From contig BDGG01000005.1 of assembly GCA_001949185.1 (NCBI GenBank), positions 2,159,249-2,223,248 on the forward strand: a stretch of DNA of 64,000 bases. The letters are read 5' to 3'. Positions 62,787 to 64,000 of this stretch are shown here, in pieces. A model generated the notes under the pieces. It saw only the letters and a list, made by a program, of their open reading frames with translations. It ran no database searches and had not been told where the DNA came from. How positions within the stretch are numbered: the stretch's first letter is position 1; every line of letters starts with the position of its first letter. Origin of the DNA: Ramazzottius varieornatus (lineage: Eukaryota; Animalia; Tardigrada). The translations under genes were made by a program, and so were the position numbers.

Positions 62787-64000
62787 TCAAACTTTGTAAC
62801 TAAAATTCTTCTCGTCTTCCATAGCAGGTGACACCGCCTTCTCGTCAAACTGCGCGAAGAAAGTCTGCAGGGACTCGAAGGCCAAGTTTCTTTCGGCAAC
62901 AGTGGGATGGTCGGGCTCGGCGGATAGAACTTCGTGTCTTACGACTAGAAGACGTCTCAACTTCTTCTCTATCTCGCTGATGAGGTATTGCTGTTGCTCT
63001 TCCATGAAACTGTACAGCTCCGGAACTTTCTTCATAACCTCGATACCCGGCGCTATCCAGAGTACACTGTAGTCTCTCACCTTAGGCCTACAAGAGAAAA
63101 CCACCTTCGATATTATAATACTGTGAGAAACTGGAAGTCAGACAAATAAGCTCCACAAGATTGTTTCTCAAGTGGCGCATCCTTCCAGCCAACACACTGA
63201 AAATGTACGCCACTTGCAAAAGCAATCTTGTCCAATTTGTTGTCTCTTACTTGAGAAAAAGTAAATTCCATCTCAGATGGATCACAATGTATGTAATGTT
63301 TAAAAGTGTATAATGACATGTTTTATGGCTGTTAGACGTGCAACAGTGCAAGGGCTTTACTTCGTGGATGCCGGGCCGTGATAGGACTGACTGATTGCGA
63401 TACGTTTGAAAAACCTCTTGGTTCGGCCAGGTTCTCGGGCCAGGATTTCGAAGGAGCACTTGATGATCTTTTGACCTGGATCCTGCTCGTCGATCAGCAA
63501 GCAAACGAAAGCTTCAGAGTCCTTCAAATGCCGGTGATCTCTCATGTACGGCAGCACAAGCCAGTGGAACTTCTTGATGTCCGGCTGGTCGTCGTGTGAG
63601 TAAATCGGTAGCCTTATAGTCTCGCCATCGAGGAGGAAACGCCCAGTGTAGACCAACAAGTTCTGCTCCTGCGCCACCATAGTATCAACCTCTCAAAAGA
63701 AAGACAGATTAGCTAAAGCAACGACTTGAGAAGGCGGATAGTCTTCATTACTTATGCCTCGATAGCGTGGAGGAAGAACGTTGAGCCATGCAGTAAGTTC
63801 CATGATTTTGCAGCACTTTATCCCGGCTTTTAATCGTTTTGCAGGCATGATGATATTGCTGTCGGGGTAACGCAGTCGAATATTGTCGATAAGGTTGTTC
63901 CGAACCAGTGTCATCATGGGTATGTCAGGCAGGGTTCTTCTGTGGATCAGGGACTGCGCAACGCCTACGCGAAGCGGCTCCATAATCAGCAAGGGTACGA
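62787..64000 (-). CDS. Uncharacterised multi-exon gene, 5' part beyond the window end
   Basis: Exon-like ORFs 63693-63992, 63357-63680 and 62787-63104 with splice signals (ctaat...ttttgagag acceptor, gtaaag donor at 63360, cttgtag acceptor at ~63088); globular-looking sequence, no family recognised. Confidence 0.6.
63139..63244. repeat. Palindromic element in intron of the unknown gene
   Basis: gacaaataagctccacaagattg...caagtggcgcat-24-gtacgccacttg...caatcttgtccaatttgtttgtc. Confidence 0.88.

Noticed and set aside
1-64000. tRNA, rRNA or snRNA genes
   Set aside because: None recognised by eye; tRNAscan-SE and Infernal would be needed to exclude them.

Overview
Eukaryotic (animal) genomic DNA from a compact genome with short GT-AG introns (mostly ~55-350 nt). 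Intron sizes, gene density and an FGL-amide neuropeptide suggest an ecdysozoan, possibly a tardigrade; this is inference only. Layout: (1) 1-13.4 kb is gene-poor, with unassigned exon-like fragments and an intact hAT-type MITE (8-bp TSD). (2) 13.5-32.4 kb is a dense block: TXNDC17(-), MRPL13(-), RAD54L(+), SON-like(-), an F-box gene(+) and WDR47(-). (3) 32.5-44.3 kb is an accessory island with CGATA-rich TIR elements, a decayed LINE and a stop-interrupted paralog of the F-box gene. (4) 44.8-64 kb holds TMEM138(-) head-to-head with AHI1(+), a ZDHHC9/14/18-like palmitoyltransferase(+), an ADCY5/6-like adenylyl cyclase(-), a neuropeptide precursor(-) and an unknown gene running off the end. The strongest unexplained signal is a dispersed ~110-bp palindromic element (17 loci, 12 in introns). 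Its core AAGTGGCGCAC-N24/25-GTGCGCCACTT keeps a 24-25 bp spacer in all 21 units measured although the spacer sequence has diverged. The second is a neuropeptide that aligns to CRF/DH44 but ends in the allatostatin-A signature YGFGL-amide. All calls were made by eye, without database searches.
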